Source: Myxococcales bacterium
GTDB lineage: Bacteria > Myxococcota_A > Polyangia > Polyangiales > Houyiibacteriaceae
Assembly: GCA_012744445.1 (NCBI GenBank)
Contig: JAAYBZ010000097.1
Coordinates: forward strand, 4,457-68,456
Reading direction: 5' to 3'
Length of the DNA: 64,000 bases
The position numbers and the translations under genes are program-made. The notes under the pieces were generated by a model. The model was given only the letters and a program-made list of their open reading frames with translations. It was not told the DNA's origin and searched no databases. Positions 24,659 through 33,670 of this stretch are shown piece by piece (the stretch's first letter is position 1; the number at the start of each line of letters is the position of its first letter).

Positions 24659-26361
24659 CGGCCGACTCCGTGGAAGGCGACGGCGCCCGCGGTGCAGAGC
24701 TCTTCGCCCTTGCGGATCTCGAAGGTCGCGCCCGCCGCCGCGACCTCGAGGCGCACCTCGATCTCGTCGCCGGGCGTGATGCGCCCGAGGAATTTCAGCT
24801 TGGAGAAGGCCTTCACCGCGCCGAGCTCGGGATGGAGCGAGCGCAGCGGCTCGACGACGAGCTCGGTGAGCTGCGCCGCGCCGGGGAGGATGGGGTAGCC
24901 CACGAAGTGGCCGTCGAAGTAGCCGAGCGTCTCCGGGATCCCGAAGCGGAGCCGGTGCCTGAGCTTCGCGCCTTCGCGCGTGGACTCGGTGAAGCACGGC
25001 GCGACCGTCCAGACGATCGGCCGCTCGTCGGGCGTGAGGCCGAAGAGGCGGAGCGCGGCCCCGCGCGTGAGCTTGCCGTTCTCCTCGCGCGGGAGCGCTT
25101 CGACGAAGACGGTGCGGCGGGGGAGGCAGCTCGGATCGAAGCGATCGAGGAGCGCCGCGCGGATCGCTTGGGCGAGCGACTCGTCGGCCGCGACGGCCGC
25201 GAGGATCTGCGCGCCGCGGCCCGCGCCACCATCGACGGATAGGACGGCGGCGTCGCGCACGCCGGGGACGGCGCGGATCGCGTCCTCGAGCGCGGGGAGG
25301 GAGACGCGCTTGCCGCCCACCTTCACGACGCCGTCGGCGCGGCCGAGGTGGGTGAACGCGCCGTCGTCGTCGAGCGCGACCAGATCGGCGGTGCGGAAGG
25401 GGCGCTCCACACGCGCGTCGGCGTAGGGCGAGTCGACGAGGAGGCGACCCTCGTGGTCGACGGAGACCGCGACGCCGCGGAGCGGGGCGAAGCGCGTGCC
25501 GGGCCGGCGCTCGCGGTGTGCGATCCCGCCCGTTTCCGTGGAGCCGAGGACCTCGGTGACGGGGAGGCCGAAGCGCGCGAGGAAGGCTTCGGCGTGCGCC
25601 TCGGGGAGCGGGGCGGTCGACGCGAAGACGCGCGAGAGGCTGCGGAAGCTCTCGGGCGCTACCGCCTCGAAGCTGCGGAGATGCGCCGGGACCGTCACGA
25701 GCACGTCGGCCGCGTGCGCCTCGACGCGCGCGGCGATCGCCTCGGCGTGGAGCGGCGTCTCGCGGAGGAAGGCCGCGCCGCGGAGGAGGGGGAGGAGGAC
25801 GGTGTAGAGCAGGCCGTAGATGTGCCCCGGCGAGACGGTGGCGACGATCTTGGCGCCGCGCTCGATCGCGAAGGTCTCGCCGAGCATGGCGGCCTCGCCG
25901 AGGAGCTGCCCCGCGGTCTTGGGCCACGCCGTCATGGCGCGTGTGGTGCCGGAGGTGAAGAGGGTGGCGATGATCTCGCGCGACGGGATCCCAGCGGCTT
26001 CGAGCGGGGCCACGTCCGCGGCGCCTTCGAGGAGCGGCTCGATCTTGATGGCGATGCCGGCCTCGGTGTCGTGGAGGATCGCCACGGTCTCCGGGCGCTC
26101 GGAGAGCTCGAAGATGGTGTCGCGGCGCGTGTTCGGCGGGAGCGTCACCGCGTGCCCGCGGGCGAAGGCCGCGAGGAGCGCCACCGCGAGCAGGTAGCGA
26201 TCGTGCTGGAAGACGAGGAGGACGTGCGATCCGTCCGTCGGCTCGGGGAGCGCGGCGGCGACGCGGGCGGCGTCGGCGAGCAGATCGCGGCGCGTGCGCG
26301 AACCCTTGGCGCCGAACGCGACGAGGTCGTCCGGCGCGTGGAGGGCGAGGAGCTCGGTCAT
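24655..26361 (-). CDS. AMP-dependent synthetase/ligase (aryl-acid adenylase, ApeH-like) fused to a C-terminal FabA/FabZ-type hotdog dehydratase domain (ApeI-like)
   Basis: Adenylation-core motifs are 'FTSGTTRAMTAW', 'VLGSTETGGIA', 'VKVGGKRVS' and 'ENGKLTR'. The last 120 or so aa carry 'ETLGYFDGHFVGYPILPGAAQ', a hotdog dehydratase motif. The start is ATG 26361 (MTELLALH...). Confidence 0.8.
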   Translation of the reverse strand: MTELLALHAPDDLVAFGAKGSRTRRDLLADAARVAAALPEPTDGSHVLLVFQHDRYLLAVALLAAFARGHAVTLPPNTRRDTIFELSERPETVAILHDTEAGIAIKIEPLLEGAADVAPLEAAGIPSREIIATLFTSGTTRAMTAWPKTAGQLLGEAAMLGETFAIERGAKIVATVSPGHIYGLLYTVLLPLLRGAAFLRETPLHAEAIAARVEAHAADVLVTVPAHLRSFEAVAPESFRSLSRVFASTAPLPEAHAEAFLARFGLPVTEVLGSTETGGIAHRERRPGTRFAPLRGVAVSVDHEGRLLVDSPYADARVERPFRTADLVALDDDGAFTHLGRADGVVKVGGKRVSLPALEDAIRAVPGVRDAAVLSVDGGAGRGAQILAAVAADESLAQAIRAALLDRFDPSCLPRRTVFVEALPREENGKLTRGAALRLFGLTPDERPIVWTVAPCFTESTREGAKLRHRLRFGIPETLGYFDGHFVGYPILPGAAQLTELVVEPLRSLHPELGAVKAFSKLKFLGRITPGDEIEVRLEVAAAGATFEIRKGEELCTAGAVAFHGVGR

Positions 26362-26948
26362 CGCGAGACCTCCACGGCGCCACCGAAGCGGAGCCGGCGC
26401 AGGGTCCATTCGACGGCGAAGAGCACGCCCATGAGCCCGTAGGCCACGAGGCCGGTGTAGGCCGTCCAGACCTCGAGCGGGGCGGCCACCGCGAGGATCG
26501 CGGCGAGCCCACCGTTCACGACGAAGAAGCCGCACCAGATGCACGTCCAGGTGCGGCACCAGCGGACCTTCTCGGGGGTGAGGTCGGGCTCCTGGAGCCG
26601 CGCGAACCGCTCGATCATCGGCGGCCCGTAGCGGAGCGTGGAGCCGAAGGCCACGAGCAGGAGGAGGTTCATCACCGTCGGCACGGCGAGGATGAAGCCG
26701 CCGGCGTCGAGGAGCGCGCTGACCGTGAGCAGGCCCACGGTGACGAGGGGGAGGAAGGCGAGCGTGGAGAGCTTCTCACTCTTGAGCTTGGCGACTCGGA
26801 CGATCGCCGCGGGCACGAAGAGCGCGAGGAGCACGAGCGCGGCCGTGCGCGGCCCGAATTGACGGAGTCCGGCGTAAACGGCCACGGGGTAGGCGATCAC
26901 GGCGAGGCCCAAGATCGCGCCCGTGAGCTGCGCGAGACGGCGTCTCAC
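26358..26948 (-). CDS. small polytopic membrane protein of APE clusters (ApeG-like)
   Basis: It is 196 aa with about 5 hydrophobic helices. It sits between the ACP and ligase genes exactly as in ape clusters. An ATGA overlap links it to the ligase gene. Confidence 0.6.
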   Translation of the reverse strand: MRRRLAQLTGAILGLAVIAYPVAVYAGLRQFGPRTAALVLLALFVPAAIVRVAKLKSEKLSTLAFLPLVTVGLLTVSALLDAGGFILAVPTVMNLLLLVAFGSTLRYGPPMIERFARLQEPDLTPEKVRWCRTWTCIWCGFFVVNGGLAAILAVAAPLEVWTAYTGLVAYGLMGVLFAVEWTLRRLRFGGAVEVSR

Positions 26949-27011
26949 GACCCCCCTCCAGCCTTTGGTGTTCGCGCTGCGGGACGTGCGCCCATGCCTC
27001 GGCGCTCGCCC

Positions 27012-27293
27012 TCAGGCGACGGTGGCGGCCCCGGTCTCCGACCGGATGAAGTCGGCGAGGCTCTTCACCGAATAGAAGATCTCTCGGTTGCGCTCGTCCT
27101 CGGGCGAGGTCTTCACGCCGAATTCCTGATGGATGGCGAGCGCGAGCTCGAGGGCGTCGATGGAGTCGAGGCCGAGGCCCTCCACGAAGAGGGGCGCTTC
27201 GGTGTCGATGTCCTCCGGCTTGACGTCCTCGAGCATCAGCGATTCAACGATGAGCTTCTTCAGGCGAGATTCCAGGGAGTCGGACATGGTCAA
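27012..27293 (-). CDS. acyl carrier protein
   Basis: It is 93 aa. The phosphopantetheine attachment motif 'EGLGLDSIDALELALAI' is preceded by the helix-I pattern 'LESRLKKLIVESLML'. Confidence 0.85.
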   Translation of the reverse strand: MTMSDSLESRLKKLIVESLMLEDVKPEDIDTEAPLFVEGLGLDSIDALELALAIHQEFGVKTSPEDERNREIFYSVKSLADFIRSETGAATVA

Positions 27294-28098
27294 TTTCTGC
27301 GCCTCTCAGCGCTTCTTCGTTGGCGTGGAACGCCAGCCGGTTTCGGACCTGCGCCTCTACCATATCGCGGAGCTTGCGACTAGAGATGCCGGTCGGGCGG
27401 ATCGGATCGAGGACCTCGATGCGCAGCTTGGGCATCTCGGCGGGGGGATTGAGGATCCCTTGGCCGCGGATGAGCCACCGCGGATTACAGCGGGCCATGA
27501 TGGGTACGACCGGCACCCCGGCGCGCTTGGCGATCTCGAAGGCGGCGCGCCCGAACGGATGGATGCCGCCTTCGCGGGGTGAGCGCGTCCCCTCGGCGAA
27601 GATGAGCACGCGGTAACCGCGCGCGAGCCGGTCGCAGGCATTCTCGATGAGGCGCTCGAGCTCGGCGGGGCGCCCATCGCAGCCGGGGAAGTGCCCGGCG
27701 GCTTCGAGGAGCGGGCGGGCCCACCAGCGGTAGTAGACGCTGGGTTTGACGGCCGTGACGACGCCGTCGGTCGCCGCGACGATCGCGGGGAAATCGGTGA
27801 GCGTCGGATGATTGGTGACGAGGACGCAGGCGCCGTCGGGGGCGCGCCCCTGCACCTTCCTTGGATCGTAGTCCAAGACGCGGAGCGTGCGCACGGTGTC
27901 CAGATAGAGCCGGAACGCGCGCCGCATCACCCATTGGAGACGTCGCGCCCTCGCGTCCGGATCGCGGGTGGGGAGACGCGCATAGAGCGCGAACGCCAGG
28001 TACCCGAACGGAGCCAGCACGAAGTAGATCGCCAGGAGGGCGATGATGAGGGGGTAGCGTACGACGAGGGGCAAGGGGGTGCTCCGACGGCGCGCCAA
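27244..28098 (-). CDS. lysophospholipid (1-acyl-sn-glycerol-3-phosphate, PlsC-like) acyltransferase (ApeD-like)
   Basis: It has the HX4D motif 'VTNHPTLTDFP' and 'IFAEGTRSPREGG'. The TTG start follows the ORF track. The 3' end overlaps the ACP start by about 50 nt. Confidence 0.8.
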   Translation of the reverse strand: MARRRSTPLPLVVRYPLIIALLAIYFVLAPFGYLAFALYARLPTRDPDARARRLQWVMRRAFRLYLDTVRTLRVLDYDPRKVQGRAPDGACVLVTNHPTLTDFPAIVAATDGVVTAVKPSVYYRWWARPLLEAAGHFPGCDGRPAELERLIENACDRLARGYRVLIFAEGTRSPREGGIHPFGRAAFEIAKRAGVPVVPIMARCNPRWLIRGQGILNPPAEMPKLRIEVLDPIRPTGISSRKLRDMVEAQVRNRLAFHANEEALRGAEIDHVRLPGISPEEAHR

Positions 28099-28283
28099 AT
28101 AGCGCGAAAGTCGACGAAAGCCAGCCGACCTTAGAATAGTCGGGCGCTGAATTCATTCAATGCGAGCGTGAAGTCCCGCTCCTCGTCGTGGAGACTCGGA
28201 TCGAGACCCATCGCGACGGACGGTTCGGCACACACTCCCGCCCACCGGGCTTCGACCCAATGATCGTCTCGACGAGGTGGGGG

Positions 28284-28811
28284 ATGCAGGAAGCGGTCGA
28301 AGAAGAGCTCGCCATCATGGAGGAGAGGAGTCGCCAGGGGGCGGCGATCGAATTCGAGGATCTGCTCCAGCCGATCTCGGCCCTCTGCGCCGGGTCGCCG
28401 CCGATCCTCGGCGTCGGCGCGAGCGTGCGGGACGCGATCCAGACGCTCGCGACGAGGCCGGAGCATTGCGTGGTCGTCGTGGAGCGAGGTGTGGTCGTAG
28501 GGCTCGTCACCGCGCGGAACCTCACCAAGTGGCTCGCGGGGGGGGCGCCGATCGACCTCGACCGGCCGATCACGGATCTGATGACGCCGGATCCCGAGAC
28601 ACTGCGCCCGGACGACACCATCCTCTCGCTCTTGGGGAAGCTCTACGCGGCGGGGTTCAGCTGCGTGCCGATCGTCGACGAGCACGGCTTCCCCCTCCAC
28701 GTCCTGACGCTCCGGGACACGCTCGAGGGGGTTCTCATGCGCTTCGATCGCGAGATCCGCACGACGCCGCCCCTGCCGTACCACGGGGAGCCGTACGTCT
28801 GGGGCGGTTGA
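28284..28811 (+). CDS. CBS-domain pair protein
   Basis: Two CBS repeats are present ('VRDAIQTLATRPEHCVVVVERGVVVGLVTARNL', 'ILSLLGKLYAAGFSCVPIVDEHGFPLHVLTLRD'). I favour ATG 28284, which is preceded by GAGGTGG at 28274-28280. The track start is GTG 28188. Confidence 0.7.
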   Translation: MQEAVEEELAIMEERSRQGAAIEFEDLLQPISALCAGSPPILGVGASVRDAIQTLATRPEHCVVVVERGVVVGLVTARNLTKWLAGGAPIDLDRPITDLMTPDPETLRPDDTILSLLGKLYAAGFSCVPIVDEHGFPLHVLTLRDTLEGVLMRFDREIRTTPPLPYHGEPYVWGG

Positions 28812-28912
28812 GAGACGTCAACGGATCGGCTGGACTTTCCATGCCGCGGGTGGTTTAGATGCCCGCCGCGTGCGCGTGCCGTTTCGCGCGCCGCGGAGCT
28901 GGAGAGCGAGCC

Positions 28913-29644
28913 GTGGGGTTGAGTGGTACGCGAGCCCTGGTCACGGGCGGGAGCCGAGGCATCGGCGCCGCGGTCGCGCGGCGTCTGGCCGAAGACGGGC
29001 TCAAGGTCATCGTGAATTATCGGCGTGACGCGGAGGGGGCCGCCTCCGTGGTCGAGGCGATCGAGCGCGCGGGCGGGCAGGCGGAGGCGGTGGCCTTCGA
29101 CGTCACCGATCGCGAGGCGACCGCCGAGGCCATCGCGCGCCTCCTCGAGGCCCCGGAGCCCATCTCGGTCCTCGTGAACAACGCCGGCATCGCCGAGGAC
29201 AACGCCTTCCCCGCGATGACCTGGGAGCAGTGGGAGCGCGTGACGCGCGCGAGCCTCGACGGCTTCTTCAACGTCACGCACCCCCTCGTGATGCCCATGG
29301 TCCGGCGGAAATTCGGCCGGATCATCACCATGTCGTCCATCTCGGGGCTCCGAGGGAACCGCGGGCAGGTCAACTACGCCGCCGCGAAGGCCGGCGTGGT
29401 CGGCGCCACCAAGTCGCTCGCGATCGAGCTCGCCAAACGGAAGATCACGGTGAATGCCGTGGCCCCGGGCCTCATCGAAACCGAGATGGTCCAGAACGTC
29501 CCTGACTTCGTCGTGAAAGACATGATCCCCATGCGTCGGATGGGTCGCCCGGAAGAGGTGGCCGACTTGGTGAGCTTCCTGGCGAGCGAGCGCGCGTCGT
29601 ACATCACCGGCCAGGTGATCTGCATCGACGGAGGTCTGTCGTGA
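28913..29644 (+). CDS. 3-oxoacyl-ACP reductase (SDR, FabG/ApeQ-like)
   Basis: 'ALVTGGSRGIGAAVA' is a TGxxxGxG motif, with 'NNAG' and the catalytic 'NYAAAKAG' (YxxxK). GTG 28913 follows GGAGCTGGAGAG. The track start at 28859 is an alternative. Confidence 0.85.
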   Translation: MGLSGTRALVTGGSRGIGAAVARRLAEDGLKVIVNYRRDAEGAASVVEAIERAGGQAEAVAFDVTDREATAEAIARLLEAPEPISVLVNNAGIAEDNAFPAMTWEQWERVTRASLDGFFNVTHPLVMPMVRRKFGRIITMSSISGLRGNRGQVNYAAAKAGVVGATKSLAIELAKRKITVNAVAPGLIETEMVQNVPDFVVKDMIPMRRMGRPEEVADLVSFLASERASYITGQVICIDGGLS

Positions 29645-30885
29645 GCGCCCGCTTCGACGTGATCGTCGCCGGCGCGGGCCCCGCGGGTGGCGCCTCGGCC
29701 GCCTACCTCGCGCGCGCCGGTCACCGCGTGCTCGTGCTCGAGAAGGATCACTTCCCGCGCTTCCACATCGGCGAGTCCCTCCTCCCGGCGTCGACGCCGA
29801 TCCTGAAGGAGCTCGGCGTCGAGATGAGGGACGACGTCTTCCTGTTCAAGCGCGGGGCGCAATTCGTCTGCGAGCGCACCGGGCGCCTCCAGGCGTTCAG
29901 CTTCCAGGAGGCGATGCCCGGGCCGCCGCGCTCGGCGTTCCAGGTGGAGCGCGCCGGCTTCGACGCGGCCATCCTCGACCGCGCCCGCCTCTACGGCGCC
30001 GACGTCCGCCACGGAGTGCGCGTCGAGTCCGTCGAGATCGACGACGACGAGGTCCGCGTGAAGACGAGCGAGGGCCTCGAGCGCGCCCGCTACTTCATCG
30101 ACGCGACCGGCCAGGACCGCTTCCTCGCGCGCAAGCAGCGGACGGTGAAGCCCTACCGCCACTTCGGTCGCGCCGCGGTGTTCACGCACTTCGTCGACGT
30201 CACGGACGAGGGCTGGGCGCTCGTCGGCGAGGGCAACGACATCCGCATCATGATGGTGGACGACGGTTGGGCGTGGGTGATCCCGCTCGCCGGACAGCGC
30301 CTCAGCATCGGCCGCGTGCTCCGCGGTCAGGGCATCTCCAAGGAGCTCCTCGACGACTACCTCGCCTCCTCGCCGCTCATCTCCAAGATGATCGCGGGCG
30401 CGAAGCGGCTCGAGACGCGCATCCTCGGCAACTACAGCTTCAAGAACGCGGCGCCTTCCGGGAAGCGTTACGCCTGCGTGGGCGACTCGTCGTGCTTCAT
30501 CGACCCGGTGTTCTCGTCGGGCGTGACCCTCGCCCTCACCTCCGCGAAGGAGGCGACGACGCTGCTCACGAAGGCGCTCGAGGACGGGCGCGAGGCCGAT
30601 CCCGATCTGATGAAGCCCATCCACGAAGCGACGGCGCTCGGCTACGAGACCTTCGCGGCCCTCGTGCACCGCTTCTACAACACGAAGATCGTAGACAACC
30701 TGATCTTCGGCGCGCCGGCCGACGGCGAGCTCCGTCCGAGCGTCGTGAGCGTGCTCGGCGGCGACGTCTTCCGCCCGGACAACCCCTTCCGCGACATGCT
30801 GCTCAACTCCCGCGCCACCCCGTGGCGTGACGAGGAGAAGGCGGACGTGGCCTCGGAGGAGGCGATGCTGGAGAAGGTCCAGTGA
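29641..30885 (+). CDS. flavin-dependent halogenase (tryptophan-halogenase family)
   Basis: Evidence is the FAD motif 'DVIVAGAGPAGGASA', 'FPRFHIGESLLP', the halogenase-specific WxWxIP motif 'GWAWVIPL', and 'FIDPVFSSG'. It has GTGA overlaps with fabG upstream and the KS gene downstream. Confidence 0.8.
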   Translation: MSARFDVIVAGAGPAGGASAAYLARAGHRVLVLEKDHFPRFHIGESLLPASTPILKELGVEMRDDVFLFKRGAQFVCERTGRLQAFSFQEAMPGPPRSAFQVERAGFDAAILDRARLYGADVRHGVRVESVEIDDDEVRVKTSEGLERARYFIDATGQDRFLARKQRTVKPYRHFGRAAVFTHFVDVTDEGWALVGEGNDIRIMMVDDGWAWVIPLAGQRLSIGRVLRGQGISKELLDDYLASSPLISKMIAGAKRLETRILGNYSFKNAAPSGKRYACVGDSSCFIDPVFSSGVTLALTSAKEATTLLTKALEDGREADPDLMKPIHEATALGYETFAALVHRFYNTKIVDNLIFGAPADGELRPSVVSVLGGDVFRPDNPFRDMLLNSRATPWRDEEKADVASEEAMLEKVQ

Positions 30886-32051
30886 GCGTGACGCCCCGCC
30901 CGATCGCCGCGTTCGCGATCGCCAACGCGCTCGGTATGAACGAGGCCGAGGTCGTCACGGCGCTCCGCGAGGGGCGATCGGGGCTCGGCCCTTCGCCGAT
31001 CGCGTTGCCCTTCGAGACGGCGGTGGGCGCGCTCCCCGGTGAGCTCCCCGAGCTCCCGCCCGAGCTCGCCGGCTGGTCCACGCGCGCGGCTCGCATCGCG
31101 TTCCATCTGATCTCGCAATTGGAGGAGCCGCTCGCCCGCCTGCGCGCGCGCTACCGTCCGGAGCGCATCGCGATCCTCCTCGGCACGAGCACCGCCGGCG
31201 CCGAAGCCACCGAGGAGGCCTATCAACACTACCTCGCCCAGGGCAGTCTTCCGCCCGAGTACGACGTCTTCCGCCACCACACCTACGGCGCGGTTCTGAG
31301 CGTGGTGCGCGCGCTCACCGGCGCCGAGGGGCCGGCGTGGATGATCTCGACGGCGTGCACTTCGAGCGCCAAGCCCCTCGCGTCGGCGCAGCGGCTCATG
31401 GACGCCGACGTGATCGACGCGGCCATCGTCGGCGGGATCGACACGCTCTGCACGATGACGCTCCGTGGGTTCCACTCCCTCGACGCGCTCTCGACGCAGA
31501 TCTGCCGCCCCTTCAGCGCCGAGCGCGACGGGCTGAACATCGGCGAGGCCGGCGCGCTCCTGCTCCTCGCTCGAGACGGGGATGGCGTCGCGCTCCTCGA
31601 GGCAGTCGGGGAGAGCTCCGACGCCTACCACATCTCCGCGCCGCATCCGCAGGGGCTCGGCGCCAAGCTCGCGATGGAGCGCGCGCTCGCCCAGGCCGGC
31701 TGTGGCCCCTCCGACGTGGACCACGTGAACGCGCACGGCACGGGCACGCGCTTGAACGACACGGCGGAGGCGAACGCGATCTTCGAGCTCTTCGGGCCCG
31801 AGATCCCGGTGGTCTCGACGAAGGGATATACGGGCCACACGCTCGGCGCGGCCGGCGGGACGGAGGCCGTCTTCTCGATCCTCCCGTTCCGTGAGGGGTG
31901 GATCCCGGCGTCCATCGGCGCCGCGCCCGTCGATGAGGCGATCCGCGTGAACGTCCCGACGGAACGCACGACGGGGCGCTTCCGCCGCGTGCTCAGCAAT
32001 TCGTTCGCGTTCGGAGGGAACAACGTGAGCGTGCTCGTGAGGTCGGTATGA
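30882..32051 (+). CDS. beta-ketoacyl-ACP synthase (KS, FabF/ApeO-like)
   Basis: The active-site Cys is in 'ISTACTSSAKPL', with catalytic His motifs 'VNAHGTGT' and 'GYTGHTLGAAG'. Confidence 0.9.
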   Translation: MSVTPRPIAAFAIANALGMNEAEVVTALREGRSGLGPSPIALPFETAVGALPGELPELPPELAGWSTRAARIAFHLISQLEEPLARLRARYRPERIAILLGTSTAGAEATEEAYQHYLAQGSLPPEYDVFRHHTYGAVLSVVRALTGAEGPAWMISTACTSSAKPLASAQRLMDADVIDAAIVGGIDTLCTMTLRGFHSLDALSTQICRPFSAERDGLNIGEAGALLLLARDGDGVALLEAVGESSDAYHISAPHPQGLGAKLAMERALAQAGCGPSDVDHVNAHGTGTRLNDTAEANAIFELFGPEIPVVSTKGYTGHTLGAAGGTEAVFSILPFREGWIPASIGAAPVDEAIRVNVPTERTTGRFRRVLSNSFAFGGNNVSVLVRSV

Positions 32052-32836
32052 GCGGGACGATGGAAGCCGCGGTCGTCGGTCTCGGGCTCTTCGTGCCGGG
32101 GCATCCCACGCTCGCGCATTTCTCGACCGAGCCGGCCGACGAGGCGGCGCGGATCCCGGCGGGTGCGTTCCTCGATCCGCGCACGCGTCGGCGTGCGAGC
32201 GTCGTGACGCGCGCGCTCGCGGACGTCTACGGCGAGGCGCTCTCGCAGAGCGGGCTCGATCCGCGCGACGTCGCGTCCGTGTTCGGCTCAGCCCTTGGGG
32301 AAGCGTCGACGATGATCTCCATCCTCGACCAGATCTTCCGCGAGCACGGACCCGTCTCGCCGATGAAGTTCGTGACGAGCGTGCACAACACGGCCGCGGG
32401 GCTCGTGTCGATCGCCTCGAAGAACCAGGGCTTCGCGACGTCGATCGGCGCCGATTACGACACGCCGGCGATGGCGCTCGCCGAAGGGCTCGGGCTGGTC
32501 GTGGCGCGAGGGATGCCGTCCATCGTGGTCGCCGGTGAGGAGCCTTCGCCCGAGGGTCTCATCCCGGACGAGTCGACTTGGGGCCTCTTCGCGGGGGCGG
32601 TGGCGCTCGCACCGGTCGAGAGAGCGCCAAAGGAGGCGATGCGCGTGCGCGCGTTCGTCTCGGGGGAGCCGACGATCGCGCCGAGCGAGACGTCGCCCGC
32701 ACTCTCGCGGAGCCCGGTGACCGGAATCCTCGACTTGGTCGTGGCGCTCTCGCGTCGCGAGACGGGGCGGCTCCGTCTCGATCGGGGCCAGGGGCGAGGC
32801 TTCGTCGTCGAGCTCATCGATCCGACCCATGGCTGA
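32048..32836 (+). CDS. KS-like chain-length-factor protein (ApeC-like, no active-site Cys)
   Basis: It is 262 aa. 'SPMKFVTSVHNTAAGLVSIASKNQGFATSIGA' matches the Ketoacyl-synt_2 / CLF pattern. An ATGA overlap links it to the KS gene. Confidence 0.7.
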   Translation: MSGTMEAAVVGLGLFVPGHPTLAHFSTEPADEAARIPAGAFLDPRTRRRASVVTRALADVYGEALSQSGLDPRDVASVFGSALGEASTMISILDQIFREHGPVSPMKFVTSVHNTAAGLVSIASKNQGFATSIGADYDTPAMALAEGLGLVVARGMPSIVVAGEEPSPEGLIPDESTWGLFAGAVALAPVERAPKEAMRVRAFVSGEPTIAPSETSPALSRSPVTGILDLVVALSRRETGRLRLDRGQGRGFVVELIDPTHG

Positions 32837-33260
32837 GTATCCGCCGATCTCCGAGCTCGTGCCTCATTCGGGACCCATGGTCTTGCTCGACGCGATGCGT
32901 GCGTGGGCGCCCGGGGAGGCGACGTGCACGATGCGCGTGCGGGAGGGGATGCCCTTCGTGAAGGGTGAGCTCTTCGACGCGGTGGCGCTGATGGAGCCGA
33001 TGGCTCAGGCGGTCGCGGCGTGCCTCGGCTACGAGGCGTTCCAGGGCGGGGAGGGGGTCCGGGTGGGGATGATCATCGGGTGCCGGAAGTTCGAGGTGGA
33101 CGTCCCGGCGGTCTCGGTGGGCGAGGAGCTGGTGATCCGCGTGGCGCGGCTCCGCGGGTCGGATTCGTTGAGCCACTTCGAGTGTGAGACGTGGCTCCGT
33201 GAGGGGTCGATCGCGCGCGCGACGCTCACGCTCTTCCACACGGAGCGGCCGCCGGGGTGA
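32829..33260 (+). CDS. hotdog-fold 3-hydroxyacyl-ACP dehydratase (ApeP-like)
   Basis: It is 143 aa. The N-terminal 'ISELVPHSGPMVLLDAM' is typical of APE/xanthomonadin cluster dehydratases. It overlaps the CLF gene by 8 nt. Confidence 0.7.
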   Translation: MAEYPPISELVPHSGPMVLLDAMRAWAPGEATCTMRVREGMPFVKGELFDAVALMEPMAQAVAACLGYEAFQGGEGVRVGMIIGCRKFEVDVPAVSVGEELVIRVARLRGSDSLSHFECETWLREGSIARATLTLFHTERPPG

Positions 33261-33286
33261 GGAGCGAGGGGCTGGTGCTCGACGTC

Positions 33287-33623
33287 GACGGACCCAGGTT
33301 GAGTTTTCCAGTCGGCTGGGCGGGCCCGATGCGCGGCGCCTCGACGGACCCAGGTTGAGTTCTCGGCCCCCCAGTCGGCTGGACGGACCCAGGTTGAGTT
33401 CTCGCGGACGGCACCCCGCGACGCCGGACGGGCTGGACGGACCCAGGTTGAGTTCTCGCGGACGGCACCCCGAGACGCCGGACGGACCCAGGTTGAGTTC
33501 TCGGGACGAGGCTGGACGGACCCAGGTTGAGTTCTCGCGGAATTAGCTCCGAGTTCTCTGGACCGATGCTTTAGGGAGCGCACGGGCCCCGGCTCGGAGG
33601 AGAACGGTCCAAGGTTGAGTTTG
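33287..33623. repeat. array of REP-like direct repeats (consensus GACGGACCCAGGTTGAGTTCTC), 6 good copies plus 1 degenerate
   Basis: Copies start at 33287, 33343, 33382, 33436, 33481 and 33515, with a degenerate copy at 33602 (GAACGGTCCAAGGTTGAGTTTGG). Spacing is irregular, 34-56 nt. The copies at 33382 and 33436 belong to a longer unit of about 50 nt repeated with one mismatch. Confidence 0.8.
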
Positions 33624-33670
33624 GACGGGCAGGGCTGTTTGCCGAAACACGCGACTGGAGTGGACGACGA

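Noticed and set aside
28131-28784. 217-aa minus ORF opposite the CBS-domain gene
   Set aside because: It has no motif and is antisense to a protein with two clear CBS repeats.
33260-33670. Possible CRISPR array, given the regularly recurring 22-nt repeat
   Set aside because: The spacers are too short and variable (12-34 nt) and share sub-repeats with each other. No cas genes are present. The repeat recurs inverted 2 kb away next to a RAYT-like gene, so a REP-type array is the better explanation.
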